Source of the DNA: Verrucomicrobiia bacterium
GTDB lineage: Bacteria > Verrucomicrobiota > Verrucomicrobiia > Limisphaerales > UBA8199
Direction of reading: 5' to 3'
Assembly (NCBI GenBank): GCA_035946615.1
Contig: DASYZB010000008.1
Coordinates: 40,273-104,272, forward strand
DNA length: 64,000 nucleotides
Shown here: one piece after another, positions 42,358 to 53,740 of the stretch
Layout of the letters: every line of letters starts with the position of its first letter
How positions within the stretch are numbered: position 1 is the stretch's first letter
Made by a program: the position numbers and the translations under genes
The notes under the pieces: model-generated
What the model was told of the DNA's origin: nothing
Databases searched by the model: none
What the model saw: only the letters and a program-made list of their open reading frames with translations

Positions 42358-43668
42358 ATGAAGAAGTTCGGCCTGTTTCTTTTTGGCTGTTTAATCTCCC
42401 TGGCGGCTTTCGGGGCTGAGCCCTGGACTTTCGAGCGCGCACTGGCTCAGGCGCTTACCAACAGCCCCGACGCCCTGCTGGCCAGGCACCGGATCGCCGC
42501 CGCACAGGCCGGCCTCGAGCAGGCCGATGCCGCCTTCTGGCCCCGGCTCCAGTTCCAATCCAGCTACATGCGCACTGACAATCCCATGATGGTCTTCGGC
42601 AGCATTCTCAATCAGCGCGCTTTTTCCAAATCCCTTGATTTCAATGATGTGCCCGACGTCGATAATCTGAATGCCAAAGGCCTCGTCACGGTTCCCCTTT
42701 ATACCGGCGGCAGGAACAAGGCCGGTCATGAGGCGGCCAAGGCGAACACCGAGGCTGCCCGCCGGGACGACGAGGCGGTGCGGAATGCCTTGGGGTTCGA
42801 AGTGGCGCGCGCCTTCCATACGGTGCTCAAGACGCGCCGTTTTATCGAGGCGGCTCAATCTGCGGTCGAGTCCTATGAAACCAACGTGGCCATAGCAAAT
42901 AAGCGTCTCCAGGCCGGGTCGCTGCTCAAAAGCGATGTGCTGGACATCGAGGTCCGTTTGGCCCAGGCGCGTGAAGACCTCGTGCGCGCTCACAATGCTG
43001 AAGCGCTGGCCAGTCGGGCGTTGCGCAACTTGCTCGGGATTGAAGGCGGAGAGTTCGTCGTGGCGGCCAGCGCGCCCAATGTCAGCGCGCCCAGGGCATT
43101 GGATTTTTCGCACCGGCCAGAGCTGGCTGCCGCCCGGCAGCGCGAACGGGCCGCCGAACAAGTAGTTCGCGGAGCCAAATCCGGCTACATACCCCGCCTC
43201 AGCGCCTTTGGCAGCGTCGATTACGATTATGGCTGGAAGTATGACAATGGTGGAGGCAGTTACACCGCCGGCGCCATGTTCCAGTGGGACATCTGGGATG
43301 GGCAACTCACGCGGGGCAGGGTGCGCGAGGCGGCGGCCAACCTCGAGTCGGCTCGCGAGGAAGAGCGTAAGTTGCGGCTGGCCATTGGCTTCGAAGTCGA
43401 GCAAGCCCGTCTCGATCTCAAGGCTGCCGATGAGCGCCTGGACGTCACGCAACAAGCCGTTGGCCAGGCCTCCGAGAGCCTTGCCCTGACCCGGGCACGC
43501 TTCGAACAAGGCCTGAGCCTGGCGACTCAGCTCATGGACTCCGAAACTGCGCTCGTCGCCGCTCGGGTGCGCAGGGCTGAAGCCGAAGCCGACCAGCACA
43601 TCGCTATTGCCGCACTTCGCAAGGCCCTCGCTTTGCCGCAACTCGATTCCTCTGCAATACGAAATTAG
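42358..43668 (+). CDS. TolC-family outer membrane efflux protein
   Basis: I prefer ATG 42358 (MKKFGLFLFGCLISLAAFGA, signal-like). The two-repeat OEP architecture is visible (..AQAGLEQADAAFWPRLQFQSSY.., ..ARFEQGLSLATQLMDSETAL..). Confidence 0.85.
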   Translation: MKKFGLFLFGCLISLAAFGAEPWTFERALAQALTNSPDALLARHRIAAAQAGLEQADAAFWPRLQFQSSYMRTDNPMMVFGSILNQRAFSKSLDFNDVPDVDNLNAKGLVTVPLYTGGRNKAGHEAAKANTEAARRDDEAVRNALGFEVARAFHTVLKTRRFIEAAQSAVESYETNVAIANKRLQAGSLLKSDVLDIEVRLAQAREDLVRAHNAEALASRALRNLLGIEGGEFVVAASAPNVSAPRALDFSHRPELAAARQRERAAEQVVRGAKSGYIPRLSAFGSVDYDYGWKYDNGGGSYTAGAMFQWDIWDGQLTRGRVREAAANLESAREEERKLRLAIGFEVEQARLDLKAADERLDVTQQAVGQASESLALTRARFEQGLSLATQLMDSETALVAARVRRAEAEADQHIAIAALRKALALPQLDSSAIRN

Positions 43669-44685
43669 ATGAAAACGTACTCCCTTCTCTTCTTGACAGG
43701 ACTCTTCCTGGCCGGCTGCGGCAAAAGCCCCGAAATAGCGCAAACCGCCGCAGAACTGCCATCGGCCCGCGTTCGAGTTCAACCCGTCGAGCTCAAAGAA
43801 CGGCAGGCGACCGAAGAAGTCGTTGGAACCGTTCGCGCAAAATTGCGCGCCACGCTGGAAGCCAAAGTCAGCGGACGCATCGAGCAGATGCCGGTCACCC
43901 TGGGCCAGGCCGTTTCGACCGGAGACTTGATAGCCAAATTGGATGCTCCAGAAATCCAGGCCAAACTGGACCAGGCCAAAGCCGGTTTCGAGCAGACCGA
44001 GCGCGATTGGAAACGGATTTCGAGTCTCTTCGAGCAACAGGCGGTCACGCACTCGGAGTATGATGCCGCCCAGGGGCGCTATCGCCAGGCTGCGGCCAGC
44101 GTGGCCGAGGCTCAGGCCATGGTTGCCTACGTTCAAGTACTCGCCCCGTTCAACGGGCTTATAACAAAGAGATGGGTGGATGTGGGCGATTTAGCGGTTC
44201 CAGGCAAGCCGCTGGTCGATATCGAGGACCCTGCCGCGCTCCAACTCGAGGCCGATGTGCCAGAGGCCATCGCCGCCCACATCCAACGCGATGCCCCCAT
44301 GGCCGTGCGCGTCGATGCCGTCGCGGGCGACCTTTCGGGCCTCGTGGCCGAAATCGCCCCCTCTGCCGATGCTGTAAGCCGCACCTTTCGGGTTAAACTG
44401 GACCTGCCCGAATCCTCCGGGTTGATGCCGGGCCAGTTTGGCCGGCTCCTGGTGCCCATTGGAGAAGACAAGACAATGCGGGTCCCCGCCGGGGCAATCA
44501 TCGAGCGCGGGCAATTGGAAATCGCTTTTGTTGTCGCCAACCAACGCGCCCAATTGCACCTGGTTAAGTCCGGCAAGCATTTTGGTCAGGAGGTTGAAGT
44601 CCTCGCCGGGCTGGATGTGGGCGAACCCGTGGTGGTCGAAGGCGCCGACCAATTGGTCGATGGCCAGCCAGTCCAGGTTCAATGA
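43669..44685 (+). CDS. RND efflux membrane fusion (periplasmic adaptor) lipoprotein
   Basis: A lipobox (LFLAGCG) is followed by HlyD-like hairpin and barrel motifs (..[27 protein letters not shown]..). Confidence 0.85.
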   Translation: MKTYSLLFLTGLFLAGCGKSPEIAQTAAELPSARVRVQPVELKERQATEEVVGTVRAKLRATLEAKVSGRIEQMPVTLGQAVSTGDLIAKLDAPEIQAKLDQAKAGFEQTERDWKRISSLFEQQAVTHSEYDAAQGRYRQAAASVAEAQAMVAYVQVLAPFNGLITKRWVDVGDLAVPGKPLVDIEDPAALQLEADVPEAIAAHIQRDAPMAVRVDAVAGDLSGLVAEIAPSADAVSRTFRVKLDLPESSGLMPGQFGRLLVPIGEDKTMRVPAGAIIERGQLEIAFVVANQRAQLHLVKSGKHFGQEVEVLAGLDVGEPVVVEGADQLVDGQPVQVQ

Positions 44686-44710
44686 AGCGCAGGGCTTAGG
44701 GACTACACTC

Positions 44711-47700
44711 ATGAAAGCCTTCCCCAAAAACGCCAACTCGCGCCAGGCGGGTATTGCTGGCCGGATCGCGCAAGCCTTTATCAACTCGAAGCTCACCCCG
44801 CTTATTGTGATCACCTCGTTGCTGCTGGGGGCCGGGTCGGTCCTGTTGCTGCCACGAGAGGAAGAACCGCAGATCAAGGTCCCCATGATCGACGTCATGG
44901 CGGCCATGCCCGGCTTTGGCGCCAAGGAGGTCGAAGAGCGAGCCACCCGCCCCATGGAGAAGCTGCTCTGGGAAATCCCAGGCGTGGAATACGTCTATTC
45001 GACTTCCCGCCCAGGCGAGAGCCTTGTTATCGTCCGCTTCAAAGTCGGGTCCGAACCCGAGCAGAGCCTGGTTAAGGTCACCGAGAAAATGCGCTCGAAC
45101 TTCGACCGTATTCCGCCGGGGGTTTCTTTCCCGCTCATTAAGCCCAGGTCCATTGATGATGTTCCCATTCTGACGCTGACGTTTCATAGCGCGCATTACG
45201 ATCATTTGACGTTGCGGCGCCTGGTTGCGCAGGTCGATGATGCCGTCAAACAGGTGCCGCAGGTTGCCGAAACGGCCATCATTGGCGGTGCGCGCCGGCA
45301 GGTCCGTGTGCTGCTCGACCCGGCGAGGCTGGCTTCACGCCACCTCAGCGCTGCGGGCCTGGTCATGATGCTGCGTCAGGCCAACCGCGAGTACGCTGCA
45401 GGCGACCTTACCAGCAATAATCAGGATGTGATCGTCGAAACCGGGGCCTTTCTGACCAATGCCGAACAGGTTGGCCGGGTCGTGGTGGGTGTGTATGGGG
45501 GCCGCCCAGTTTATCTTCATGACGTCGCCCGCATCGTCGATGGCGCCGAGGAATTGTCCCAATACGTCTTCTATGGCAACGGAGCTGCCGCCTCGAGTGC
45601 GGCGGATGAGCAAGCGGCCGTCACGCTTTCGATTGCCAAACGACCGGGCGCTAACGCCATTGCGGTCGCCAAACAAGTGCTGAGGAAAATGGACGCTCTC
45701 AAAGGCTATATAATCCCCTCTGACGTGCAGGTATCCATTACTCGTCACTACGGCGAAACAGCCTCTGACAAATCCAACGAACTGCTCTTGCACATGGGCA
45801 TCGCCGTCCTCAGTGTCTCCATCCTGATTTGGTTGGCGCTGGGCTGGCGCGAATCCCTCATCGTGGCCATTGCCATTCCAGCCACCCTTGCGCTGACGCT
45901 GCTGGTGTTTTATCTCTACGGGTTCACTCTCAATCGCATCACCTTGTTTGCGCTCATCTTCAGCATCGGCATCCTGGTTGATGATGCCATCGTCGTAGTC
46001 GAAAATATCGTCCGGCACTTTCACCTGCCTGAAAGCAAAGACCGCAACCTGGCCGCCATTGCTGTCGAAGCTGTCAGTGAAGTGGGTAATCCCACCATCC
46101 TGGCGACGTTCGCCGTCATCGCAGCGGTCCTGCCGATGGCATTGGTCGGCGGATTGATGGGGCCCTACATGCGGCCCATCCCCATCGGCGCCAGCGCCGC
46201 CATGCTTTTCTCCCTGGCGGTCTCGTTCATCGTCACGCCCTGGGCCGCTATCCGAATCCTGCAGTGGCGCCGGCACCGCGCTGAGGAGGCTTTGGGCGGT
46301 GCGGGGGCGAGCCACGCGCAACCACACTTCGACGGAGCGAGCAGCGAACGGCTTTTTCCACGGATTTATCGTAGTCTTATGGGTCGCCTGCTGAACCAAC
46401 GCGCTTGGCGCTACGGCTTCCTAGGCGGTATCGCGCTGCTCCTGCTAATCGCCATGGGCACCGTGGCCATCGGCTGGGTGAAAATGAAAATGCTTCCCTT
46501 TGATAACAAGAGTGAGTTCCAAATTATTCTGAACATGCCCGAAAGCAGCTCGCTGGAACGCACCGCCCAGGCCGCGCGCGAAATCGCAGCCGCCGTGCGC
46601 GTCGAACCGGAAGTGAGCGATTACCAGATTTACGCCGGGGTTGCGGCCCCCTTCAATTTTAATGGCCTGGTGAGGCATTACTTCCTGAGGCGTGGGGCCA
46701 ATGTGGCAGACCTTCAAATTAATCTCCTCAACAAACACGAACGGCAAGCCCAGAGCCACGATATTGCCAAACGCGTCCGCCCCCGCGTGGCGGCTATCGC
46801 CGAAAAGTATGGGGCTCGTGTGGCTGTGGCTGAAGTGCCGCCCGGCCCTCCCGTTTTGCAAACGCTCGTCGCCGAGATTTATGGACCGACCGACGAGTCG
46901 CGGCTGGCGCTTGCTGCCAAGGTGCGAAGCATTTTCCAGCAAACACCCGGCGTGGTGGATGTGGACTGGTACGTCGAAGCCGACCAGCCCAAGGCGCGAT
47001 TCGTCATTGATAAGGAAAAGGCCGCTTTGAACGGGGTCAGCGCTGAAACTCTCGCGATGACTCTGCGCCTGGCCGTGGCGGGCGATACCGCAGACCTGTT
47101 GCACCAACCCCGCGAAAAGGAAGACGTTAATATCGTATTCCAACTGCCGCGCTCCAGCCGGAGTTCGTCCCAAGACCTCCTGGCGCTTTACGTCCCGTCC
47201 GGTTCGTTGCCGGTCCCCGGCGCTCCGCCAGGTCCGCCGCCGCTGGTGCCTCTGCGTGAGTTGGTGAAGATCGATCAAACCACCGCCGACAAAAGCATTT
47301 ATCATAAAAACCTCCTCCCGGTTACCTATGTTATTGGGGATGTCGCCGGAGTAATCGAGAGCCCAGTCTATGCGATTTTCAAAATGAACAAGGCGCTGCG
47401 CCAGCTTGATACCCGCGCCTTCGGGGGCGAGGGGCGCCCGCTCACAATTTACAACGCGGTCCTCCCCTTCAGCAGCCGCGAACCTTCCCTCAAATGGGAC
47501 GGCGAATGGCATATCACTATCGAGGTGTTCCGCGACCTTGGCCTGGCATTCGCCGCCGTGTTGATTCTCATTTATGTGCTGATGGTCGGCTGGTTTCGCT
47601 CTTTCCTGACCCCCTTCCTTGTCATGACCGTCATTCCCTTCTCGTTGGTCGGCATTCTACCCGCGCACGGAATTCTGCACGCGTTTTTCACCGCCACTTC

Positions 47701-48058
47701 CATGATCGGCTTCATGGCCGGCGCCGGCATCGTGGTCCGCAATGCCATCATTCTGGTTGATTTCATCGAGTTGCGATTGGCTGAGGGCAAACCGCTGGCC
47801 GAAGCAGTAGTCGAGTCGGGCCTTATTCGCTTTCGCCCTATCATGTTGACCGCTCTGGCCGTGGTGGTGAGCGCGACCGTCATCCTCTTTGATCCGATCT
47901 TTCAAGGGTTGGCCATCTCCCTCATGGCCGGTGGGCTCATCTCAATGCTGATTGCCCCAGTAGCTATCCCTCTGCTCTATTTCATGGCCTATAACCGGCC
48001 ATCGCCCCAGCCGGCCGTTTCATCAAGAACACCTGAATTGGAAGCAGCGGAGGTATGA
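44711..48058 (+). CDS. RND efflux transporter permease (HAE-type)
   Basis: I prefer ATG 44711, giving 1115 aa. The TM4 motif [17 protein letters not shown] carries the AcrB-like DD pair rather than the DFG-DGA motif of heavy-metal CzcA. Confidence 0.9.
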   Translation: MKAFPKNANSRQAGIAGRIAQAFINSKLTPLIVITSLLLGAGSVLLLPREEEPQIKVPMIDVMAAMPGFGAKEVEERATRPMEKLLWEIPGVEYVYSTSRPGESLVIVRFKVGSEPEQSLVKVTEKMRSNFDRIPPGVSFPLIKPRSIDDVPILTLTFHSAHYDHLTLRRLVAQVDDAVKQVPQVAETAIIGGARRQVRVLLDPARLASRHLSAAGLVMMLRQANREYAAGDLTSNNQDVIVETGAFLTNAEQVGRVVVGVYGGRPVYLHDVARIVDGAEELSQYVFYGNGAAASSAADEQAAVTLSIAKRPGANAIAVAKQVLRKMDALKGYIIPSDVQVSITRHYGETASDKSNELLLHMGIAVLSVSILIWLALGWRESLIVAIAIPATLALTLLVFYLYGFTLNRITLFALIFSIGILVDDAIVVVENIVRHFHLPESKDRNLAAIAVEAVSEVGNPTILATFAVIAAVLPMALVGGLMGPYMRPIPIGASAAMLFSLAVSFIVTPWAAIRILQWRRHRAEEALGGAGASHAQPHFDGASSERLFPRIYRSLMGRLLNQRAWRYGFLGGIALLLLIAMGTVAIGWVKMKMLPFDNKSEFQIILNMPESSSLERTAQAAREIAAAVRVEPEVSDYQIYAGVAAPFNFNGLVRHYFLRRGANVADLQINLLNKHERQAQSHDIAKRVRPRVAAIAEKYGARVAVAEVPPGPPVLQTLVAEIYGPTDESRLALAAKVRSIFQQTPGVVDVDWYVEADQPKARFVIDKEKAALNGVSAETLAMTLRLAVAGDTADLLHQPREKEDVNIVFQLPRSSRSSSQDLLALYVPSGSLPVPGAPPGPPPLVPLRELVKIDQTTADKSIYHKNLLPVTYVIGDVAGVIESPVYAIFKMNKALRQLDTRAFGGEGRPLTIYNAVLPFSSREPSLKWDGEWHITIEVFRDLGLAFAAVLILIYVLMVGWFRSFLTPFLVMTVIPFSLVGILPAHGILHAFFTATSMIGFMAGAGIVVRNAIILVDFIELRLAEGKPLAEAVVESGLIRFRPIMLTALAVVVSATVILFDPIFQGLAISLMAGGLISMLIAPVAIPLLYFMAYNRPSPQPAVSSRTPELEAAEV

Positions 48059-48062
48059 TGCA

Positions 48063-48079
48063 GCCGAATGCCAGTCGGC
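48063..48079. terminator. short hairpin in the 22-nt convergent gap (RND / miaB)
   Basis: The sequence gccga-atgccag-tcggc forms a 5-bp stem. There is no U-run, so this is a weak call. Confidence 0.25.
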
Positions 48080-48080
48080 C

Positions 48081-49424
48081 CTAAGGAACGGGTTGGCCGT
48101 AGAGCGTGAAGGACCCTGCGCTTGTGATTTGCACATCCAGCACCTGACCCCGACGCGCAGGCGAGCCCTCGAACACCGCTATCTTATTGCAGCGCGTCCG
48201 GCCAGTAAGCCGTTCCGGATTCCGTTTGCTGGGACCTTCCACCAGGATTTCAGCCTGACGACCTACGAAAAATCCATACCGTGCGCCCGCAACCGCGTTG
48301 AGGGTCTGCAACAAGCGCTGATTGCGCTCTTCACGCACCAATTGAGGCACCTGATTGGGCATCGCGGCGGCCGGCGTGTCCCGCCGTTCCGAGTAGCGGA
48401 AGATATAGGCCTGATCGAACTGCACTTCCCGCACCAGGGATAGGGTCTCCTCAAAATCAGCTTCTGTTTCGCCGGGAAAACCTACGATGAAATCTGTTGT
48501 AATCCCCATCTGAGGTTGAACGTGGCGCAGCTTGCCGATGAGTTCGATATACCGCTCGCGGGTATAGCCGCGGTGCATCAGTTTCAACACGCGATCACTC
48601 CCGCTTTGAACCGGGAGATGAGCGCTCTCAACCAGCTTCGGCAGGCGCCCGTAAGCCTCGACCAAATCATCCCCGTATCCTTTGGGATGCGGCGAGGTGA
48701 ACCGGATGCGTTCCAGCCCGTCCACCTGGTGGACCGCCTCGATCAACTGCACGAAAGCCGATTTGCCGGCCTGCCTGGGAATGTCGCGTTTGCCGTAGCT
48801 GGTCACAATTTGGCCCAGCAGCGTCACTTCCTTCACCCCGCGCTCCGCCAGCTCGCGGCATTCAGCCACGATATCCGCAATGGTTCGGCTGCGCTCTTCC
48901 CCACGCGTATAGGGCACGATGCAAAAGGTGCAATACTGATTGCACCCTTGCATGATGCTCACATAGGCAGTCACTGAAGTCTTCGCGTTGCCGTTGACCA
49001 AATGTTCTCGAATGGTTGCCTCGCTCCGGGCCTCTTCGGCCACATCCACAATTTTGTCGCGGCGGCCTGAAAGCAGTTCATCCAGATATTCAGCGGTTCG
49101 ATGAAATTTCTGTGTCCCCACGACCAAATCCACATCGGGCAATCGATCGATCAGCTCGTGGCCACGGCTTTGGGCCATGCATCCCATAAAGCCCAAAACA
49201 ACCCCGGGCCGGTGTTTACGCGTCTGGTGTGAGAGGGTTTCCATCTTGTGCAGCGCCTTCTGCTCGGCCATATCCCGCACGCTGCACGTATTGAGCAGGA
49301 TGACATCAGCCACCGTTTCGGACCCGGCCAATGTATAACCCTTCGCCAGGAGTTGGGCAGCCACGGCCTCGCTGTCCCGCTCGTTCATCTGGCATCCGTA
49401 GGTTTTGATATAGACGCTCGGCAT
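48081..49424 (-). CDS. miaB: tRNA-2-methylthio-N6-dimethylallyladenosine synthase
   Basis: The N-terminus reads MPSVYIKTYGCQMNERDSE. A radical-SAM cluster motif (GCNQYCTFCIVPYTRGEERSR) and a TRAM-like C-terminus are present. Confidence 0.9.
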   Translation of the reverse strand: MPSVYIKTYGCQMNERDSEAVAAQLLAKGYTLAGSETVADVILLNTCSVRDMAEQKALHKMETLSHQTRKHRPGVVLGFMGCMAQSRGHELIDRLPDVDLVVGTQKFHRTAEYLDELLSGRRDKIVDVAEEARSEATIREHLVNGNAKTSVTAYVSIMQGCNQYCTFCIVPYTRGEERSRTIADIVAECRELAERGVKEVTLLGQIVTSYGKRDIPRQAGKSAFVQLIEAVHQVDGLERIRFTSPHPKGYGDDLVEAYGRLPKLVESAHLPVQSGSDRVLKLMHRGYTRERYIELIGKLRHVQPQMGITTDFIVGFPGETEADFEETLSLVREVQFDQAYIFRYSERRDTPAAAMPNQVPQLVREERNQRLLQTLNAVAGARYGFFVGRQAEILVEGPSKRNPERLTGRTRCNKIAVFEGSPARRGQVLDVQITSAGSFTLYGQPVP

Positions 49425-49511
49425 TTTCCTGACAATGGCCGTGGAAACTAAGCCAAAATGCCATGAAAGGCAAAGCCCAAGAAAAGCCCAAGAAAAGGAC
49501 TGCGCTAGTCC

Positions 49512-50591
49512 TCATCCCAACCACTGCGGGTTATGCGCTGTGGCATCGAACTGCGAGGTGGTCTTGAACGGCTCGAACTTGCCGGAAGCGGCCGCTTGGG
49601 TCGTGCGATCGAGCAGTGCCGCGAGCTGTTCCTGCGTAAATGGCTTAAACGTCCGAGCGGCTTCGAGTGCCTGGTCCAGCAGGTCCATTCGGTCAATCCC
49701 GGTGATGACCGTCGAGGTCGGCAGGTTCATCGCATAGTGCAGACATTCGATCGGCGTGACCAGATGGCTGCGCAAAACGTTGCCGCTGCCAAGGGGCTTC
49801 ATACCCAATATCCCAATTTTCTCCTCGACCAGGCGCGGAACTACTTGCCGGCTGAAGCTGCGGAAATGGGCGTCCATCACATTCAACGGCATTTGCACCG
49901 CGTCAAACCGGAATTGATGTTGGGCGGCAACGTCGAGCATGCGCAGGTGCACTAGCGGGTCCTTGTGCCCGGTGAACCCTATGAAACGAACTTTGCCCGC
50001 CTTTTTGGCATCGAGCATCGCTTCCATGCCCCCGCCCGGAGCGAAGATGCGGTCCGGGTCTTCGAGCCGCAGGACCTCATGAAATTGCATGAGGTCAACG
50101 TGGTCGGTCTGCAGGCGCTGTAGAGATTGATCAATCTGAGTGGCGGCGGCGCTTTTAGTCCGCCCATCTATCTTGGTCATGAGAAAGACCTTTTCCCGAT
50201 AGCCGTCACGCAAGGCCTTGCCCATCCGCAATTCGCTCATGCCATCGTGATAATCCCAGCAGTTATCCATAAAGGTTATCCCGCGATCAATGGCGCTGCG
50301 GACAATTCGAATGCCTTCTTCCTCAGGCGGATTGCCGATGTGATAGCCCCCTAACCCAATCGCTGAGATGCTTTGGCCCGTGCTTCCCAGGAGACGGCGC
50401 GGAACCGGCTCGTTGCTCTGGGATGCGGCTGGCGAGCCAGTATCCGCGCCCAAAGCACCCGGCGCAGCGCCCAGCACAACCCCGGCTGCCAGGGCGGAGC
50501 GGACAAAATCGCGCCGCGTAACGCCCGCGTTCAGTGCAGCCGCCAACTCCTGATTCGGAGCAGCGGCCTTCCTTTGGCCCATTCCTTGCAT
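49512..50591 (-). CDS. Tat-exported aldo/keto reductase
   Basis: I prefer ATG 50591, which has GAAGGAG 6 nt upstream. The Tat motif is VTRRDFVRSALAAG. AKR motifs are present (ITFMDNCWDYHDGMSELRMGKAL). Confidence 0.8.
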   Translation of the reverse strand: MQGMGQRKAAAPNQELAAALNAGVTRRDFVRSALAAGVVLGAAPGALGADTGSPAASQSNEPVPRRLLGSTGQSISAIGLGGYHIGNPPEEEGIRIVRSAIDRGITFMDNCWDYHDGMSELRMGKALRDGYREKVFLMTKIDGRTKSAAATQIDQSLQRLQTDHVDLMQFHEVLRLEDPDRIFAPGGGMEAMLDAKKAGKVRFIGFTGHKDPLVHLRMLDVAAQHQFRFDAVQMPLNVMDAHFRSFSRQVVPRLVEEKIGILGMKPLGSGNVLRSHLVTPIECLHYAMNLPTSTVITGIDRMDLLDQALEAARTFKPFTQEQLAALLDRTTQAAASGKFEPFKTTSQFDATAHNPQWLG

Positions 50592-50748
50592 AAAAACTCC
50601 TTCCCTCCCGGTAACCATTACGCGGAACGGAACGATGTCAAGATGTGTCCGTAATATTGATAATTGGCAACCAGGACAGTTTCTGCCATCATAGTGTGCA
50701 TAATCAGCCCGAAAGCTTGTTTTTGGGAATCTGCCCAAGGGCGCTGCT

Positions 50749-52752
50749 ATGGCACTGGATAAACTGAAAGTGCTCCTGATCGAACACGACGCGGGGTTCG
50801 CCCGCTCCGTGGGCGAGATGCTGGGGCAAGCCCGGGACCTTGCGGCCGATGTAATGCCAGCGGAGGATTTGCGCGGCGGGCTCTCCGCCTTGGCCGGCGA
50901 TCAATTCGATGTCGTGGTCCTTGACATGTCCCTGCCCGATGGCGCCGGCCTGGCCAACGTCTCCCTCATCCACGCTGGAGCCCCGCAACTTCCCATTATC
51001 GTCGCGGGCGAGGCAGCGGATGAAACGGTGGCGCTCGAGGCCGTCCAATCCGGGGCGCATGACTACCTGGTCAAAGGCCAGCTCACATCGGCCTGGCTGG
51101 AACGCTCGTTGCGATACGCCATCGAACGGCGCCGCATGGACCGGGCGCTGCTCGAAGCCGAGGAGCGATACCACAGCGTTTTCGATCACCTCGTTGAAGG
51201 CATCTTCCAAACCACACCCGATGGCCGCTATCTCATGGCCAATGCCGCCCTGGCGCGCATCTATGGTTACGATTCACCTGAGGACCTCATGCAGGGCCTT
51301 ACCGATATCAGCCGCAAACTCTATGTCCGCCAGGGCCGCCGCGATGATTTCGTCCGTACCATGCAAGAAAGTGATGTGCTCCGGGGCTTTGAGTCGGAGG
51401 TCTATCGCAAAGACGGCAGCATCATTTGGATTTCGGAGAATTGCCGCGCCATCCGCGACGCCCGAGGCCGCTTGCTCTATTACGAAGGCACCGTTGAAGA
51501 CATTACCCAGCGGCGCAAGGCCGAGGAGCGCCTCCGCAATTCGGAGGGACTTTACCATTCCCTGGTCGAAACACTGCCTCAGAACATCTTCCGCAAAGAC
51601 CTGCAGTTCCGCTTCACGTTTGCCAACCAGCAGTTTTGCAAAACCCTTGGCCGCACGCTCGACCAAATCATAGGCAAAACCGATTTTGACTTTTTCCCCA
51701 CCGGCCTGGCCGCCAAATACCAGCGGGACGACCGCCGTGTGCTGGAAACAGGCCAGCCCTATGAAACGGTCGAAGAACATCAGCCGCCGGGACACGAAAA
51801 AATATACGTGCAGGTGGTGAAAACGCCTTTGCGCGCGGCCAATGGGGAAATCATGGGTTTGCAGGCGATATTCTGGGACATCACCCAGCAGCGGATGGCC
51901 GATGAAAAAATCCGCCGTGCCAATGCTGCCCTGGCCCAGAGCCGCCGCGAGCTGCAGACCAAAAACCTCCAGATGGAGGAAGACCTTAAAATGGCGCGGG
52001 AAATCCAGCTCACCATGCTCCCGCAGCAATACCCGGCTTTCCCGCGCTCGGCGCCCGAGGAGGCCAGCGCCTTCCAGTTCAGCCATCGCTATTTGCCCAC
52101 CGGAAGTGTCGGCGGAGATTTCTTCACCATTTCAGCCCTTAGCGAAACCCAGGCCGGGGTGTTCCTGTGCGATGTCGCCGGACACGGTGTGCGTTCAGCG
52201 CTCATCACAGCCATGATCCGGGCCCTGGTCGAGGAGCTCAAACCACTGGCCACGCAGCCGGGCGAGTTCCTGACCAAACTCAACAACGACCTGTGCGCCA
52301 TCTTGCAACACACCGGAACCCCCTTGTTGACGACCGCCTTTTACCTTGTGGCCGATTGCGAGACCAAGGTCATGCTCTACTCCAATGCAGGCCATCCCAA
52401 ACCCCTTCATCTCCGCCGCAGCGCCGGCCAGGTCGTGCCCCTCGTGAACGCTTCCGGCAAAAGCCAGCCGGCCCTCGGTTTGATGGAAGACGCCCACTAC
52501 CTCAGTTCCGAGATCATGCTCTCACCGAACGACCTCATCCTCCTGTACACTGATGGCTTGATAGAAGTCCAAAATGCAGGGGACGATCTCTATACTCAAC
52601 AGTTGCTCCTCGACGCCGTCCAGCGGCGGCTCCATTTGCCGGCCCCGAAGCTCTTCGATACTTTGCTGAAGGAAATCCGCTCCTTTGCCGGAGGCGCCGA
52701 GTTCAGCGATGATGTCTGCCTGGTAGCCATGGATTACGCAAAACCCGGTTGA
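50749..52752 (+). CDS. response-regulator receiver - 2x PAS - PP2C/SpoIIE phosphatase
   Basis: The receiver domain reads KVLLIEHD...FDVVVLDMSLPDGAG. Two PAS-like blocks follow. The SpoIIE motifs GGDFFTI, CDVAGHGVRSALITAMI and LLYTDGLIE are present. Confidence 0.85.
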   Translation: MALDKLKVLLIEHDAGFARSVGEMLGQARDLAADVMPAEDLRGGLSALAGDQFDVVVLDMSLPDGAGLANVSLIHAGAPQLPIIVAGEAADETVALEAVQSGAHDYLVKGQLTSAWLERSLRYAIERRRMDRALLEAEERYHSVFDHLVEGIFQTTPDGRYLMANAALARIYGYDSPEDLMQGLTDISRKLYVRQGRRDDFVRTMQESDVLRGFESEVYRKDGSIIWISENCRAIRDARGRLLYYEGTVEDITQRRKAEERLRNSEGLYHSLVETLPQNIFRKDLQFRFTFANQQFCKTLGRTLDQIIGKTDFDFFPTGLAAKYQRDDRRVLETGQPYETVEEHQPPGHEKIYVQVVKTPLRAANGEIMGLQAIFWDITQQRMADEKIRRANAALAQSRRELQTKNLQMEEDLKMAREIQLTMLPQQYPAFPRSAPEEASAFQFSHRYLPTGSVGGDFFTISALSETQAGVFLCDVAGHGVRSALITAMIRALVEELKPLATQPGEFLTKLNNDLCAILQHTGTPLLTTAFYLVADCETKVMLYSNAGHPKPLHLRRSAGQVVPLVNASGKSQPALGLMEDAHYLSSEIMLSPNDLILLYTDGLIEVQNAGDDLYTQQLLLDAVQRRLHLPAPKLFDTLLKEIRSFAGGAEFSDDVCLVAMDYAKPG

Positions 52753-52834
52753 CCTTCAAACCGTAGGAGCGGGTGCCTGGACGGCTGGTGGAGCCCCCTC
52801 CACACAACTGGGGATATGACCCTCGGTCACCTTG

Positions 52835-53740
52835 CTATTTTTTGCGACGGGAGGATCTATTCATTTCCTCCAACAGGATTTTTAGGAAGGCCTCGGAATT
52901 CGGGTTGGGGCGGAGGGTTGGTGTCCCCGCTGCAATCAGGAGCGGAGCCAGCTCGGGCGAAAACCGGATCACTGTGAGGGTCGAGGGAAGCATGGGGAAG
53001 ATGCCTTCCGTCAAAACGGCCATGCCGGCCTGTGCCTCAATGGCGATAAACAGTGCGGCGATGTCTTCCGAGGTGTGATTGCGCAATTGCGGCTTAACGC
53101 CAAATGGCTCGAGAATGGCCTTAAGTCGCGGAACATATTCCGGATACTTGTCAGCGCCCAAGCCGAGCAGCGTCTTCTCGCGGAGCTTCTCCGGATGAAT
53201 TTTGGCCAATTTGGCGAGCGGGCTTTTTTTCGAGATGACAAGCACTGGGGCAAGCCTTTGCAATTCCACCCATTGAAATCCTTTGAAATGCGTCTCCAAA
53301 CTCTTGGGGAGAATTGCGATGTCAATTTGTTCGGCGGCGGCTCTCTGGCACATCGTCTCTGTCGTGAGGTCGGAGAGCTCAAGAAAGACACCTCTGTTGA
53401 AAGTCTGAAATTGCTCAACGACCCGTGGCATGATCCCGGCAGTGAGGGAGTGAACATACCCAACGCGTAGCTTCTCCCCCTGCGGGCGAGTTCTGATTCT
53501 TCGAACTGCGACGTCCACGCGGGCCAGAATATCCTTCGCCTCTTCGTAGAAGTTTTCTCCGGCCGAAGTCAGGGAAATCGTGTTTTGGCCTCGAACGACA
53601 AGTGCGACTCCGATTTCGTCTTCCAGGTTTTTTACCTGGCGGCTCAAGGCCGGTTGGGTCATGTGCAACTGGTTTGCCGCACGGCTAAAGTTGCCGTGAG
53701 CGGCGACAGCGGCGAAATATCGCAGGTGCCGAAGTTCCAT
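52835..53740 (-). CDS. LysR-family transcriptional regulator
   Basis: MELRHLRYFAAVAAHGNFSRAANQLHMTQPALSRQVKNLEDEIG is a canonical LysR HTH. I prefer ATG 53740 over the TTG at 53749. Confidence 0.9.
   Translation of the reverse strand: MELRHLRYFAAVAAHGNFSRAANQLHMTQPALSRQVKNLEDEIGVALVVRGQNTISLTSAGENFYEEAKDILARVDVAVRRIRTRPQGEKLRVGYVHSLTAGIMPRVVEQFQTFNRGVFLELSDLTTETMCQRAAAEQIDIAILPKSLETHFKGFQWVELQRLAPVLVISKKSPLAKLAKIHPEKLREKTLLGLGADKYPEYVPRLKAILEPFGVKPQLRNHTSEDIAALFIAIEAQAGMAVLTEGIFPMLPSTLTVIRFSPELAPLLIAAGTPTLRPNPNSEAFLKILLEEMNRSSRRKK

Noticed and set aside
42391-44136. 581-aa minus-strand ORF spanning the TolC-like and adaptor genes.
   Set aside because: It is antisense to two genes with clear family signatures and correct signal and lipobox starts. 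Its composition is Gly/Arg/Leu-biased and it has no motifs.
42358-48058. Interpreting the OMF-MFP-RND operon as a czcCBA-type heavy-metal pump because of its gene order and the neighbouring Cys-rich proteins.
   Set aside because: The permease TM4 motif is [13 protein letters not shown] (HAE/AcrB-type), not the DFG-DGA-VEN motif of HME pumps. Substrate class therefore cannot be called as metal from the sequence.
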